Assembly: GCA_029548485.1 (NCBI GenBank)
Contig: JAKPNH010000008.1
Location: forward strand, 1,563-65,562
DNA from: a bacterium
GTDB lineage: Bacteria; Patescibacteriota; Minisyncoccia; UBA6257; Colwellbacteraceae
Direction of reading: 5' to 3'
Length of the DNA stretch: 64,000 nt
Shown here: one piece after another, positions 8,862 to 18,628 of the stretch
Position numbering within the stretch: the first letter of the stretch is position 1
How the letters are laid out: each line of letters begins with the position of its first letter
Position numbers and translations under genes: made by a program
The notes under the pieces: model-generated
The model's database searches: none
What the model saw: the letters and a program-made list of their open reading frames with translations, nothing else
Told to the model about the DNA's origin: nothing

Positions 8862-8912
8862 TTTTGTTTAAAATCCGCCCCTGTATTTGAGAGGGGCGGA
8901 TCGAGTTACGCG

Positions 8913-9239
8913 TTAGAAAGCGGTTTCGGACTGGTCCATGGATGCCGCGGCCGGCTCGGAGGATCTTTCTTCCCGGGGCGCTCGGCCGCCTTCCGGTTCT
9001 TCGATCTTCAGATTGACGCGGGCGTTGTTCTTGATGCCCACGATCCGAAGCAAAGATCTGATGGATTTGGCCGTATTCCCGTCGCGGCCGATCACCTGGC
9101 CCATGTCTCGCGGATTGACCTTTAGGGACAACAAAACTCCCATTTCGTCTATTTTCCTCGAGACGACGACGTCCTCCGGATGATCGACGATGGATTTAAC
9201 TAGGAATTCCAAAAACTCCTGGTCGGAAAACTTTTCCAT
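8913..9239 (-). CDS. KH-domain RNA-binding protein (YlqC/UPF0109-like)
   Basis: GxxG KH motif (VIGRDGNTAKSIR); conserved position between rpsP and trmD. Confidence 0.8.
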   Translation of the reverse strand: MEKFSDQEFLEFLVKSIVDHPEDVVVSRKIDEMGVLLSLKVNPRDMGQVIGRDGNTAKSIRSLLRIVGIKNNARVNLKIEEPEGGRAPREERSSEPAAASMDQSETAF

Positions 9240-9276
9240 ATCTGCTATGTCTGCTTGTTTTTTATTTTTTTAAAGA

Positions 9277-9540
9277 TTATTTCGACTTTTTTGCGACTGA
9301 TACCTCTGGTCCCATCCCAGATTTCGCCATGAATCTCTTGACGGTCTCCGTGGCCCTGGCGCCGTTTTTTATCCAATAATTGATTCTGTCTTTCTTCAGT
9401 TCGAACTTGTCGGTGTGCGGGTTTACATAACCGAGATCTTCGATCGACTGTCCTTTCAGCTTTGACTTGGCTTCGGCCACGACCACGCGAAAAGCGGCCT
9501 GGCCCTTCTTTCCGATCCTTTTCAACTTGATGGCTAACAT
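9277..9540 (-). CDS. rpsP: 30S ribosomal protein S16
   Basis: S16 family N-terminus MLAIKLKRIGKKGQAAFRVVVAEAKSKLKG. Confidence 0.95.
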   Translation of the reverse strand: MLAIKLKRIGKKGQAAFRVVVAEAKSKLKGQSIEDLGYVNPHTDKFELKKDRINYWIKNGARATETVKRFMAKSGMGPEVSVAKKSK

Positions 9541-9656
9541 GATCTTGTAAAGACAATATTACCCGAGAATCTCCGCGCAGTCAATCGGTAATAACTCTCA
9601 TCCTCCAAGGGAAGGGTTCTGTTTTTTATTATAACATATCGATCGACAAAAACCGA

Positions 9657-11750
9657 TCAAGAGAGTTTCAGAGATACGACTCTCGACACCCCGTCGTCTC
9701 CCATGGTCACGCCGTAGAGCACGTCCGCCGCCTCCATGGTCGCCCGATTGTGCGTGACGATCACGAACTGGGTTTCCTTGGCGTAATTTTTGAGAAGATC
9801 GCCGAACCTGCGGGCATTCCTCTCGTCGAGGGCCGCGTCCACTTCGTCCAACACGAGAAACGGCGGAGGAGAAATGGAAATAAGGGCGAAAAGAATGGCG
9901 ATCGAAAGAAGACTTCTTTCTCCGCCGGAAAGGACTTCTAATCCTTTTATTTTTTTCTTCGGCAAAACCACGTCGATCTCTATGCCCGGCCGGATTTCTT
10001 CCGTTTCTTCGGCCTGGCTCGAACCGACCTCGCCGATTGTTCCGGCCGCGTCTGTTTCCCGGATTCTTTCCAGCTTCAGCTCAGCTCGGCCGCCGCCGAA
10101 CATCAATTTGACGAAAGACTGAAGCTCGCCGTTGATCTTGTGGAGGGCGGCGTTGAATTCGTTCCTGATCTTAAAATCAAGGTCTTTGAGCAGGGTTTTC
10201 AGATCGGCCGAGGCCTTTTCCAAATCGGCGATCTGGTTGCTTAAAAAGGCGTGCCTTTCCTCGGTGGCCTCGGCTTCTTTGACGATCGCTTCGTCGACGT
10301 CTCCCATGCTCGAAAGCTCCGCCCGAAGACGCATCATCCGGGCTTCGGCCGTCCGCTCGTCCAGGCGGATGTCCGCCGCGGCCGAAACAAAATCCTCGAA
10401 TTTCCGGGAAATGGACCGGAGTTGGTTTTCCAACTCGGATTTTTGGAAAAGCGCTTTGTCTTTTTGGAAAATCAGCTGCTGTTTTTGGTCGTCGAGTTCC
10501 TCGATCTCGTCTTTTTTGGCTTCGACCTGCCGCAGGCTCTCCCGAAAAACCTTGTTGAAGCTGTCGAGTTCGGCTTGGTGTTTTTTCTCTTCTTCGTCGA
10601 GTTCGTCCATCAGCCGGTTGAATTCTTCGAGCTTTCCGTCGACGGCCTGCGCCACGGGCATAGCTTCGGCCGCGGCCGCGTTTTCTATGTCTTCGATAAG
10701 GCTCACGATTTTTTTCAAAACCGCTTTCGGGTCTTCTTCCAATCCGGAAGACAAAGCGGCTTCGGCCAGTTCCCTGATTTCCTTGAGCAAAGATTTCAAA
10801 TCGTTTTCCGCCGGAGCCGAAGCTTTCGATCTCTGCGCCGGTTGACCGGAAGAAGCCATTCTTTTGTTGAAAAGCTCCCGACGCTTGTTTCTTAAAGCCT
10901 CGAGTTCTTTTTTGGCCTTCGGTTCGGAAACCTCGATTTTTCTGAATTCCTGCTCCAGGACTTTTTGTTCGTTTTTAAGGCGATCGATTTCCTTGTCCAG
11001 TTTTTCGATTTCCGGATCGAAAGAGCGGAGGCTTTCCGTGATCATTCTGACGCGGCCGCTGTAATAGCTGTCCTCGATCTGCCGCAGTTCTTCGGCCAGG
11101 CTGTCGCGCTTGGTCCAACGCGAGACCTGGCGCCGCAGGCTGCGCAGGTGCGGCTCGATTTCGCCAAGCTGCGCCCGCGCTTTTTCCAGATTGAAAAAAG
11201 TGTTCTTCAGCTCTCTCGAGGCGGCGTTTTTCTTCAAGAGATATTCCTTGAGCCCCAGAAGCTCTTCGATCAGTTCGCGGCGTTCGAGTGGAGTCGATTT
11301 CAATATCAAATCGCTTTCCCCCTGCCCGATCATGTTTAGCCCTCTTGCTCCGAGCTTGGCTTTGGCGAAAAAATCGACGATGTCTTTCATCCTCATTTCC
11401 GATTGATTCAAGAAAAACTTGGAATCGCCGTCGCGGTCGATGCGGCGACTGATGACCACTTCTTTGAATTCGGTCGGGAAAAAACCGGAAGAATTGTCGA
11501 AATACAAAGAAGCGGTCGCCATGCCCATGCGCGCTTTTTTCTCCGTCCCGGCGAAAATCAGATCGTCGTTTTTCCCTCCTCGGAGATTCCTCGCTTCCCG
11601 TTCGCCCAAAAGCCAGCGGATGGCGTCCGCGATGTTCGATTTTCCCGAACCGTTCGGGCCGACCACGGCGGCGATGCCTCCGGGAAAATCCAGAACGGTT
11701 TTATTGGCGAAAGATTTGAATCCTTGCAGTTCGAGCTTCTGAAGAAACAT
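9657..11750 (-). CDS. smc: SMC-family ATPase with shortened coiled coil and no recognisable hinge (mini-SMC)
   Basis: N-terminal Walker A (GPNGSGKSNIADAIRWLLGE) and C-terminal signature / Walker B / D-loop (LSGGERSLLSIA...LVLDEVDAALD...QFVIVTHN) of SMC; only about 390 aa between the heads. Confidence 0.8.
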   Translation of the reverse strand: MFLQKLELQGFKSFANKTVLDFPGGIAAVVGPNGSGKSNIADAIRWLLGEREARNLRGGKNDDLIFAGTEKKARMGMATASLYFDNSSGFFPTEFKEVVISRRIDRDGDSKFFLNQSEMRMKDIVDFFAKAKLGARGLNMIGQGESDLILKSTPLERRELIEELLGLKEYLLKKNAASRELKNTFFNLEKARAQLGEIEPHLRSLRRQVSRWTKRDSLAEELRQIEDSYYSGRVRMITESLRSFDPEIEKLDKEIDRLKNEQKVLEQEFRKIEVSEPKAKKELEALRNKRRELFNKRMASSGQPAQRSKASAPAENDLKSLLKEIRELAEAALSSGLEEDPKAVLKKIVSLIEDIENAAAAEAMPVAQAVDGKLEEFNRLMDELDEEEKKHQAELDSFNKVFRESLRQVEAKKDEIEELDDQKQQLIFQKDKALFQKSELENQLRSISRKFEDFVSAAADIRLDERTAEARMMRLRAELSSMGDVDEAIVKEAEATEERHAFLSNQIADLEKASADLKTLLKDLDFKIRNEFNAALHKINGELQSFVKLMFGGGRAELKLERIRETDAAGTIGEVGSSQAEETEEIRPGIEIDVVLPKKKIKGLEVLSGGERSLLSIAILFALISISPPPFLVLDEVDAALDERNARRFGDLLKNYAKETQFVIVTHNRATMEAADVLYGVTMGDDGVSRVVSLKLS

Positions 11751-11795
11751 GATATCGTTTGAACCTTTGAATTATAGCTCAAAAACCGTCCCGGT

Positions 11796-12800
11796 TCATC
11801 CGTGCCTGACGACAACGACATCCCCGTCTTCGACCGCGTAATCTTTGCCTTCGAGCCGGATCCAACCTTTTTGCCTGGCGTTCAGCCAGCCGCCGGCTTC
11901 GACCAGCTTCAGATATTCGACCACCTCCAGCCGGATGAAGTTCTTCTCGAAATCGGTATGGATCGTTCCGGCCGCCTGCGGGGCCTTGGTTCCTTTTTCG
12001 ACGGTCCAGGCGCGGGTTTCGTCCTCGCCGGTCGTGAAAAAACTGATCAGTCCCAAGACTTCGTAGGATTTCCTGATAAGCTCGGAAAGATCGGTCGAAG
12101 TAGCGAGATCCTGAACGACGAAATCGGCGTTCAAAGATTTTATTTTTCCCCTCAATTCCGGCTTGATATCTTCGAGTCCGCCGTTCAAAAGATAAATCTG
12201 CGGCTTGGCGGTCAAAAAACCGAGTTCTTTGACGATCGGTTCGCTTTTGACGTCCACTAGATTGACAATCAGATTTCCGGTTTCCAGGCCCGCTTTTATT
12301 TTTTTCAAAACCTCGAGCTCGCGGATTTTCTGCTTGTCTCCGGTGCGCGCCTCTCTCTCGAGGCTTCCCAGGCGCTTCCCAGTTGTTTCCAGGTCCTTGA
12401 AAACCAACTCGGTATTGATGATGTCGATATCGCGGATCGGATCGATTCCGTTTTCCACGTGGATGATCTCCGAAGACTCGAAACACCGAACCACCTGGAC
12501 AATGGCGTTCGTTTCCCTGATATTCGCCAAGAACTGGTTTCCCAGCCCTTCGCCCTGGTAGGCGTTTTTGACCAGGCCGGCGATGTCGTAAAACTCGACG
12601 ACCGCCGGAATCTTTTTCTTGGAAACGCTCATCTCGGCGAGCGTGTCGAGCCGGCGGTCGGGCACGGCCACCACGCCCACGTTCGGATCGATGGTGGCGA
12701 AAGGATAATTGGCGATATTCACCTCCTGCTTGGTCAGAGCTTTGAAAAGCGTGCTTTTTCCGACATTGGGCAAACCCACTATGCCGATAGAGAGTTTCAT
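11796..12800 (-). CDS. ychF: ribosome-binding ATPase YchF (Obg-family GTPase)
   Basis: G1 motif GLPNVGKST, NxxE specificity motif and C-terminal TGS domain. Confidence 0.9.
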   Translation of the reverse strand: MKLSIGIVGLPNVGKSTLFKALTKQEVNIANYPFATIDPNVGVVAVPDRRLDTLAEMSVSKKKIPAVVEFYDIAGLVKNAYQGEGLGNQFLANIRETNAIVQVVRCFESSEIIHVENGIDPIRDIDIINTELVFKDLETTGKRLGSLEREARTGDKQKIRELEVLKKIKAGLETGNLIVNLVDVKSEPIVKELGFLTAKPQIYLLNGGLEDIKPELRGKIKSLNADFVVQDLATSTDLSELIRKSYEVLGLISFFTTGEDETRAWTVEKGTKAPQAAGTIHTDFEKNFIRLEVVEYLKLVEAGGWLNARQKGWIRLEGKDYAVEDGDVVVVRHG

Positions 12801-12982
12801 TGCAATTCAGTGTAGCCAAAAACAGTTTTGATGACAAACAAAACCGCCTCCGCGCTTTGAACGTTCACCACGCCAACTATCATCGAGGCCGCCGATATCG
12901 AAACAGATGGCGAATCCGTAAGCCTCGTCCGATTGTCCTTGCGTCCCCTCTTCTATATAATTCGATATGATTTTTTAACCGT

Positions 12983-14002
12983 ATGCCTTATCCGAACTTC
13001 AAGAAAAACAGCCGATTCGTCGAAGCGACGGCGCCGGGCAGAATCTGCTTGGCGGGAGAAGATATCGATTGGACAACGGGTCCGTCTGTTTTGTGCGCGA
13101 TAGATCTTAAAATAACGGTCAAGGTCTCCGAACGGAAAGCCGATTATCATCTGAAAACTTCGGGGCCGTTGAATTCGGAAATCGTTTTATCCAAAGAACA
13201 AATCGGGAAATACTCTCGGCAAATCCTCGACTACACCAATGCCTCGATCAAGGTCATCGATGATTTGGGGGTCGACGCGGCTCCGGTTTCCGTGGAAATC
13301 AAAAGTAATCTTCCGGCCAAGTCCGGGTTGAGCAGCAGCGCGGCCGTTTCCGTGGCGAGCGTCGCCGCTCTGGCTAGATTTTACGGATTGAGCCTCGATA
13401 CCGCAACCGTTTGCGATTTAGCCTATAAGGTCGAAGCTGAAGAACTGCGGACCGGCGCCGGGCAGATGGATTTGTATTCGTCAGGAATGGGCGGGCTTAT
13501 CTATCTCGACAACTCAACCGAACCTCCGTCGGATATGGAAAGGTTTGTTTTACCCGACGACATCGATATCGTGATCGCCGACACGCTTGTCCCGCGAAAC
13601 ACCGCCGATGTCATCCGCGAAAAAAGAAAAAGGTTCGAGAGAAAAGAACCGTCGATACTGAAATATATCGAGACTACCACCGATGCGATCCGGCAGATGA
13701 GGAGTTTTTTGAAATCCGAGGTTCCGGACTTCGAAAACATCGGCTCCATCGTCACCCGCTGCCATCGGCTTATCCGGGATTATATGGGAGTCTCGACCGA
13801 TTTGATCGAAAAATGCGTCGACCTGTCCCTGGAAAACGGAGCGCTCGGCGCAAAACTGACCGGCACCGGCATGGGCGGATGCATGTTCGCTTTGGTCAAA
13901 AAAGAAAATACTCCGGCGCTTGTCGGCTCCCTAAGCCGGCTTCCGGTCAAAATCTACGTCACCCGTCAGGCCGAATCCGGCCTCGTTGTTTCGGAAAATT
14001 AG
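12983..14002 (+). CDS. GHMP-family kinase (mevalonate / galacto-kinase-like)
   Basis: GHMP ATP-binding motif PAKSGLSSSAAVSVA and C-terminal GHMP domain; substrate unknown. Confidence 0.75.
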   Translation: MPYPNFKKNSRFVEATAPGRICLAGEDIDWTTGPSVLCAIDLKITVKVSERKADYHLKTSGPLNSEIVLSKEQIGKYSRQILDYTNASIKVIDDLGVDAAPVSVEIKSNLPAKSGLSSSAAVSVASVAALARFYGLSLDTATVCDLAYKVEAEELRTGAGQMDLYSSGMGGLIYLDNSTEPPSDMERFVLPDDIDIVIADTLVPRNTADVIREKRKRFERKEPSILKYIETTTDAIRQMRSFLKSEVPDFENIGSIVTRCHRLIRDYMGVSTDLIEKCVDLSLENGALGAKLTGTGMGGCMFALVKKENTPALVGSLSRLPVKIYVTRQAESGLVVSEN

Positions 14003-15183
14003 CCGAGGAACTTCCTTTCCCTCAACCGTTTGTGGTAGCCGATGGCGAATCTGTGGGCTTCGTCGCGGAGCTTCAGCAAATCGTTTTTGGAAACGGCTTT
14101 CGGGATGACTCCGATGATCCGGTCGGCTTTTCTCGACGGCCCTTTGGCTATTCCCAGGATCGGGATTTTCAATCCGGCTTCGGCCAAGGCTTTTTTCGCG
14201 GCCGACATCTGGCCGAGACCGCCGTCGACCAAAATCAAGTCCGGCAAAGGCCAATCGTTCTTAAACCTGCGGCCGATGATTTCTTTCATCATTCCGGTGT
14301 CGTCCGCCTGTTTTATCGTCCTTATCCTGAACTTGCGGTATTCGTTCGGATTCAAATCCCCGTTTTCCCAAACCGCCATGCTGCCCACGGCCGAATCCCC
14401 GGAAATGTTGGAAACGTCGTATCCTTCGACGCGGAATTCGACTTTTTCCCCGGTCGGAAGATCGGAATCCCTGATCAGGGCGATATCCTGGATATGGTTC
14501 AAGCTGAAAATCTGGCGCTTGATCTTTTCGGCTTTCTCAAAATCAAGCGCTTCCGACGCCCTGGACATTTCTTTTTCCAGATTTTTGATCAAGGCTTTTT
14601 TTCTGCCTTTCAAGAACATCTTCAAGTTCGCAATGTTCTTGCGGTAGCCGGCTTTGTCCGCGCGTCCGACGCATGTTCCCGGACAAAGGCCGATTTCGAA
14701 ATCAAAGCACGGCCGCTTGAATTTTCCGATTTTTTCCGGCGGATGGATGTTCCATGGGAAAATCCTTCTCAAGATTTTCCCCGCATCCCTCACGGAAGAA
14801 GCCGAAGTGAACGGCCCGAACCTCTCGCCCTTTTTCGCTTCCCGGCCGCGGACGAGCATCACCCGCGGATAAGCTTCTTTGGTGATCTCGAAATAAAGGA
14901 AACTCTTGTCGTCCTTGTCCTTGATGTTGAAAAACGGCCGGTATTTTTTGATCAGTTCGGCTTCGAGGATAAGAGCCTCCAGGGCGGTGTCGGTTCGGCG
15001 ATAATCTATTTTTTTGATTTCCGAAACCAATTTTTCCAAACGGCTGTCGTGCGGACGCGTGAAATAACTCGAAACCCTCCGTTTCAAGTTGGCCGCTTTT
15101 CCGACATAGATGATCTCTCCGCGGCTGTTTCGCATCAAATACACTCCGGGAGTGTCGGGAAGGTTTTCGTAAAGTTTTTTCAT
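13999..15183 (-). CDS. uvrC: excinuclease ABC subunit C (short form lacking C-terminal HhH)
   Basis: GIY-YIG motif (GVYLMRNSRGEIIYVGKAANLKRR) and RNase H-like LILVDGGLGQ region; 394 aa. Confidence 0.85.
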   Translation of the reverse strand: MKKLYENLPDTPGVYLMRNSRGEIIYVGKAANLKRRVSSYFTRPHDSRLEKLVSEIKKIDYRRTDTALEALILEAELIKKYRPFFNIKDKDDKSFLYFEITKEAYPRVMLVRGREAKKGERFGPFTSASSVRDAGKILRRIFPWNIHPPEKIGKFKRPCFDFEIGLCPGTCVGRADKAGYRKNIANLKMFLKGRKKALIKNLEKEMSRASEALDFEKAEKIKRQIFSLNHIQDIALIRDSDLPTGEKVEFRVEGYDVSNISGDSAVGSMAVWENGDLNPNEYRKFRIRTIKQADDTGMMKEIIGRRFKNDWPLPDLILVDGGLGQMSAAKKALAEAGLKIPILGIAKGPSRKADRIIGVIPKAVSKNDLLKLRDEAHRFAIGYHKRLRERKFLG

Positions 15184-15184
15184 T

Positions 15185-16057
15185 TCAGTCGAGGCCGAAA
15201 AGAAAATCCAGGAAAATCTGGAGGCCGGTTTTGGCGGCCGGTTCGTATCCGGTTTTCTCGAAAATCAGCGCCTTATTGGAGTAGGCTTCGCGATAGCCGG
15301 AGGCGATGATGTCTTTCGGATCGCCGAATCCGAGCCAATCGTAGCCCGCCACCGCCGGCCGGAGCGCGATGTCGGCGTTATGTTTCAAGATCTCTTTGGA
15401 AATCTGCTGATTCATGGCCGCGAGCATGTTGCTCAAGGCGCCGTAAAAACCCTGCCATCCGATGCCCTTGGTCAGATCCGCGGAAATATCCACCCATTTG
15501 GCGGAAACGTCGACGGCGATGACGACGTCGGCTCCCATTTGTTTCACGATGTCCGCCGGAATGGGCCTCGACAATCCGCCGTCGACAAGCAGCCGTCCGT
15601 CGATCTCCACGGGCTGGAAAATCATCGGAACGCTGGCGCTCGCTTTTACCGCCGGAGCCATCAGCCCTTGATCAAGGCTGACTTCGTCTCCGGTCTTGAA
15701 GTCGGTCACGACCGCCTTGAAAGGCACGCGGCAATCTTCGAATTTCGCCTCCCCAAAGAATTCGTCGATCGTCTCTAGCATCGGCTGGTTTTTCGTGATC
15801 GACTTCGCGGATTTTCCGGCGAGGACGTTCACCACTTTCAAGTTTCTCCCCTCGAGTCCTTTTATCTTACTCTCGATGGATTCGACGGACTCGGTCAAGG
15901 CGTAGAGTCCGCCAATGATCGCTCCCATGCTCGTGCCGGCGACGAAATCGATCGGTATTCCCAAATCCTTCAAGGCCTTGATGACGCCGATGTGGGCGAA
16001 GCCTCTGGCTCCGCCTCCGCCTAGAGCCAATCCGACTTTTTTCCGCGTTTTTTCCAT
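15185..16057 (-). CDS. patatin-like phospholipase
   Basis: GGGxRG oxyanion motif (LGGGGARG), GTSMG serine hydrolase motif, DGG catalytic Asp motif. Confidence 0.85.
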   Translation of the reverse strand: MEKTRKKVGLALGGGGARGFAHIGVIKALKDLGIPIDFVAGTSMGAIIGGLYALTESVESIESKIKGLEGRNLKVVNVLAGKSAKSITKNQPMLETIDEFFGEAKFEDCRVPFKAVVTDFKTGDEVSLDQGLMAPAVKASASVPMIFQPVEIDGRLLVDGGLSRPIPADIVKQMGADVVIAVDVSAKWVDISADLTKGIGWQGFYGALSNMLAAMNQQISKEILKHNADIALRPAVAGYDWLGFGDPKDIIASGYREAYSNKALIFEKTGYEPAAKTGLQIFLDFLFGLD

Positions 16058-16100
16058 GATTATTATCCGAATTCTACCTTAAAACCCGTTGATTTAGAAA

Positions 16101-18626
16101 CTAGCGGTCAAGCGCTTTTTTCAGGTATTCTCCGGTGTAGCTTCCTTTTTTCCTCGCCACCTCTTCCGGAGTGCCGAAAGCCACCACTCGGCCGCCGTTT
16201 TCTCCGCCTTCGGGACCGAGATCGATCACCCAGTCCGCGGATTTGATGATGTCGAGGTTGTGCTCGATGACGACCGCCGTATTCCCCCTGTCGACCAGAC
16301 GTTGGATGACTTCCAAGAGTTTTTTGACGTCCTCGAAATGGAGCCCGGTGGTCGGCTCGTCCAAAAGATAAAGCGTCCTTCTCGTGTCGCGCTTGCCGAG
16401 TTCGGCCGCCAGTTTGATGCGCTGGGCTTCGCCGCCGGAAAGGGTCGTCGCCGATTGGCCGAGTTTGACGTATCCCATGCCGACTTCGTCCAAGATTTTC
16501 AGCTTGTCGCGGAGCCAAGGAATGTCTTTGAAGAACTTGACCGCTTCCTCGATCGACATCTCCAAGATGTCGTAGATGTTTTTTTCGCGGTATTCGACTT
16601 CCAAAGTTTCGCGGTCGAATCTTTTTCCCTTGCAAACATCGCAAGAGACGTAGACCGTCGGCAAAAAGTGCATTTCGATGGCGATGTATCCGTGGCCTTC
16701 GCAATGCTCGCACCGACCTCCGCGGACGTTGAAGCTGAACCGTCCGGGCTTCCAGCCGCGGATCCTCGCGTCTTCGGTCGAAGCGAAAAGCTCGCGGATA
16801 TCGCTCCAGGCGCCGATGTAGGTTGCCGGATTGGAACGCGGAGTCCGCCCGATCGGAGACTGGTCGATATTAACTACCCGGTTCAAGTATTCGAGCCCCA
16901 TGATCGCCTTCAGGGCTCCGGGCTTGAAGCTCGCGTGGTTCAATTTGTTGGCCACGGCTTTATACAAAACATCGTAGACTAAGGTGCTTTTGCCGGAACC
17001 GGAAACCCCGGTGACGGCCGTGAACCGGCCGACCGGAATATCGACGTTGATGTCCTGGAGATTGTTCTCCGTCACTCCGCGGAGCTTCAGGGTCGGGACG
17101 TCCTTGATCCCGCGGCGTTTGACGGGAATGTCTATCTCTTCCTCTTTGCGCAAATACCGCAAAGTGAGTGAATCCTTTTTCTTGTCCTTGAATATTTCCG
17201 GAATCGGGCCTTCGGCGACAATACGGCCTCCGTTTACGCCCGCCGCCGGCCCGAAATCGACGAGATAATCCGACGACCTGATGGTTTCTTCGTCGTGTTC
17301 GACGATGATGATGGAATTTCCGAGATCGCGAAGCTCGTGGAGCGTATTGATCAGCTTCTCGTTGTCGCGCTGATGGAGCCCGATCGTCGGCTCGTCGAGA
17401 ATATAGAGGGTACCAACGAGCCGCGACCCTATCTGGGAAGCAAGACGGATCCGCTGGGATTCTCCGCCGGACAAAGTGCCGGCCTTCCTGTCCAAAGTGA
17501 GGTAATCGAGCCCAACGTCGTACATGAACTTCAATCTCGCCGAAATCTCGCGCAAAGGAACTTCGGCGATCTCTTTCTGCTTGGCGGTCATTTTTTCTCC
17601 GAGACTCCGGAAAAATCCCTGGGCTTCTCCGATCGACATCCCCGTCACTTCGCTGATGTTTTTGTTCTCCACGAGAACGCTCAAGGCTTCGGGCCGCAGA
17701 CGGCGTCCGCGGCAGACCTCGCAAACATCGTCGGACCAGATGTCTTTGACGCCCAATCCGTGGCAGGCTTCGCAAGAGCCATAAGGGCTGTTAAAGGAAA
17801 AAAGCCTCGGCTCTATTTCCGGGAAAGAGAAGCTGTCCCGCGGACAAGAAAATTTGGCCGAAAAGCTCGCTTCCCGGTCGGCGTTCCTGAAAACGACCGT
17901 GTCTTCGGCGTGCTTCAATGAGGCTTCGACCGCCTCGCTCAAACGCAGACGGTTGTCTTTGTTTTTTAAGTCGAGGCCGGCCGGCAAGCGGTCGATTAGA
18001 ATCTCGATCATGTGCTGCTTGTAGCGCTCCATTCTTATTTTGTCGCGGAGCGACCGCATTTCGCCGTCGATCCTCGCCTCGCGGTATCCGGCCGACAAAA
18101 AGTCGTAAAGCATTTGGTAATATTCCCCTTTCCGGCCGCGGACCACCGGACTGAAAACGATCAATTCTTTCTCCAACCTGCCCTTCGGCGCGGAAAAAGC
18201 GATGGCGGCGTCGACGATCTCCTCGAGGCTCATCTTTTTGATCTCCTGGCCGCAGATCGGACAAAAAGGCGTTCCGGCCCGGCTCCACAAAACCCTCAGA
18301 TAATCGTAGATCTCGGTGATGGTCGCCACGGTCGAACGCGGATTCGAAGAATGCGCTTTCTGATCGATGGAAATCGCCGGAGACAACCCCTCGATCTCGT
18401 CGACGTCCGGCTTGTCGAGCCTGCCCAAAAACTGCCTGGCGTAAGCCGACAAAGACTCGACGTAGCGGCGCTGGCCTTCGGCGAAAATGGTGTCGAAAGC
18501 AAGGGAAGATTTTCCCGATCCGGAAAGACCGGTGAAAACGACCATTTTATTCCGGGGAATCTCAAGATCGATGTTTTTCAGATTATGCTCCCGCGCTCCC
18601 TTGATGATGATTCTGTCTTTGTTCAT
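16101..18626 (-). CDS. uvrA: excinuclease ABC subunit A
   Basis: Two ABC ATPase modules and zinc fingers; canonical N-terminus; 841 aa. Confidence 0.95.
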   Translation of the reverse strand: MNKDRIIIKGAREHNLKNIDLEIPRNKMVVFTGLSGSGKSSLAFDTIFAEGQRRYVESLSAYARQFLGRLDKPDVDEIEGLSPAISIDQKAHSSNPRSTVATITEIYDYLRVLWSRAGTPFCPICGQEIKKMSLEEIVDAAIAFSAPKGRLEKELIVFSPVVRGRKGEYYQMLYDFLSAGYREARIDGEMRSLRDKIRMERYKQHMIEILIDRLPAGLDLKNKDNRLRLSEAVEASLKHAEDTVVFRNADREASFSAKFSCPRDSFSFPEIEPRLFSFNSPYGSCEACHGLGVKDIWSDDVCEVCRGRRLRPEALSVLVENKNISEVTGMSIGEAQGFFRSLGEKMTAKQKEIAEVPLREISARLKFMYDVGLDYLTLDRKAGTLSGGESQRIRLASQIGSRLVGTLYILDEPTIGLHQRDNEKLINTLHELRDLGNSIIIVEHDEETIRSSDYLVDFGPAAGVNGGRIVAEGPIPEIFKDKKKDSLTLRYLRKEEEIDIPVKRRGIKDVPTLKLRGVTENNLQDINVDIPVGRFTAVTGVSGSGKSTLVYDVLYKAVANKLNHASFKPGALKAIMGLEYLNRVVNIDQSPIGRTPRSNPATYIGAWSDIRELFASTEDARIRGWKPGRFSFNVRGGRCEHCEGHGYIAIEMHFLPTVYVSCDVCKGKRFDRETLEVEYREKNIYDILEMSIEEAVKFFKDIPWLRDKLKILDEVGMGYVKLGQSATTLSGGEAQRIKLAAELGKRDTRRTLYLLDEPTTGLHFEDVKKLLEVIQRLVDRGNTAVVIEHNLDIIKSADWVIDLGPEGGENGGRVVAFGTPEEVARKKGSYTGEYLKKALDR

Positions 18627-18628
18627 TT

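Noticed and set aside
9541-9656. Promoter for rpsP (TTATAAT-like -10 on the minus strand) and a terminator for smc
   Set aside because: A -10-like element exists, but no convincing -35 at proper spacing and no clean stem-loop with a U-run; not reported as a feature
11779-12837. 352-aa Arg-rich ORF overlapping ychF in another frame (and similar ORFs at 16108-16713, 16960-17775, 17791-18288, 60223-61089, 608-829)
   Set aside because: Typical antisense or off-frame open frames of high-GC coding DNA with an R/G/P-rich composition; the overlapping in-frame genes (ychF, uvrA, pilM, etc.) have clear homology
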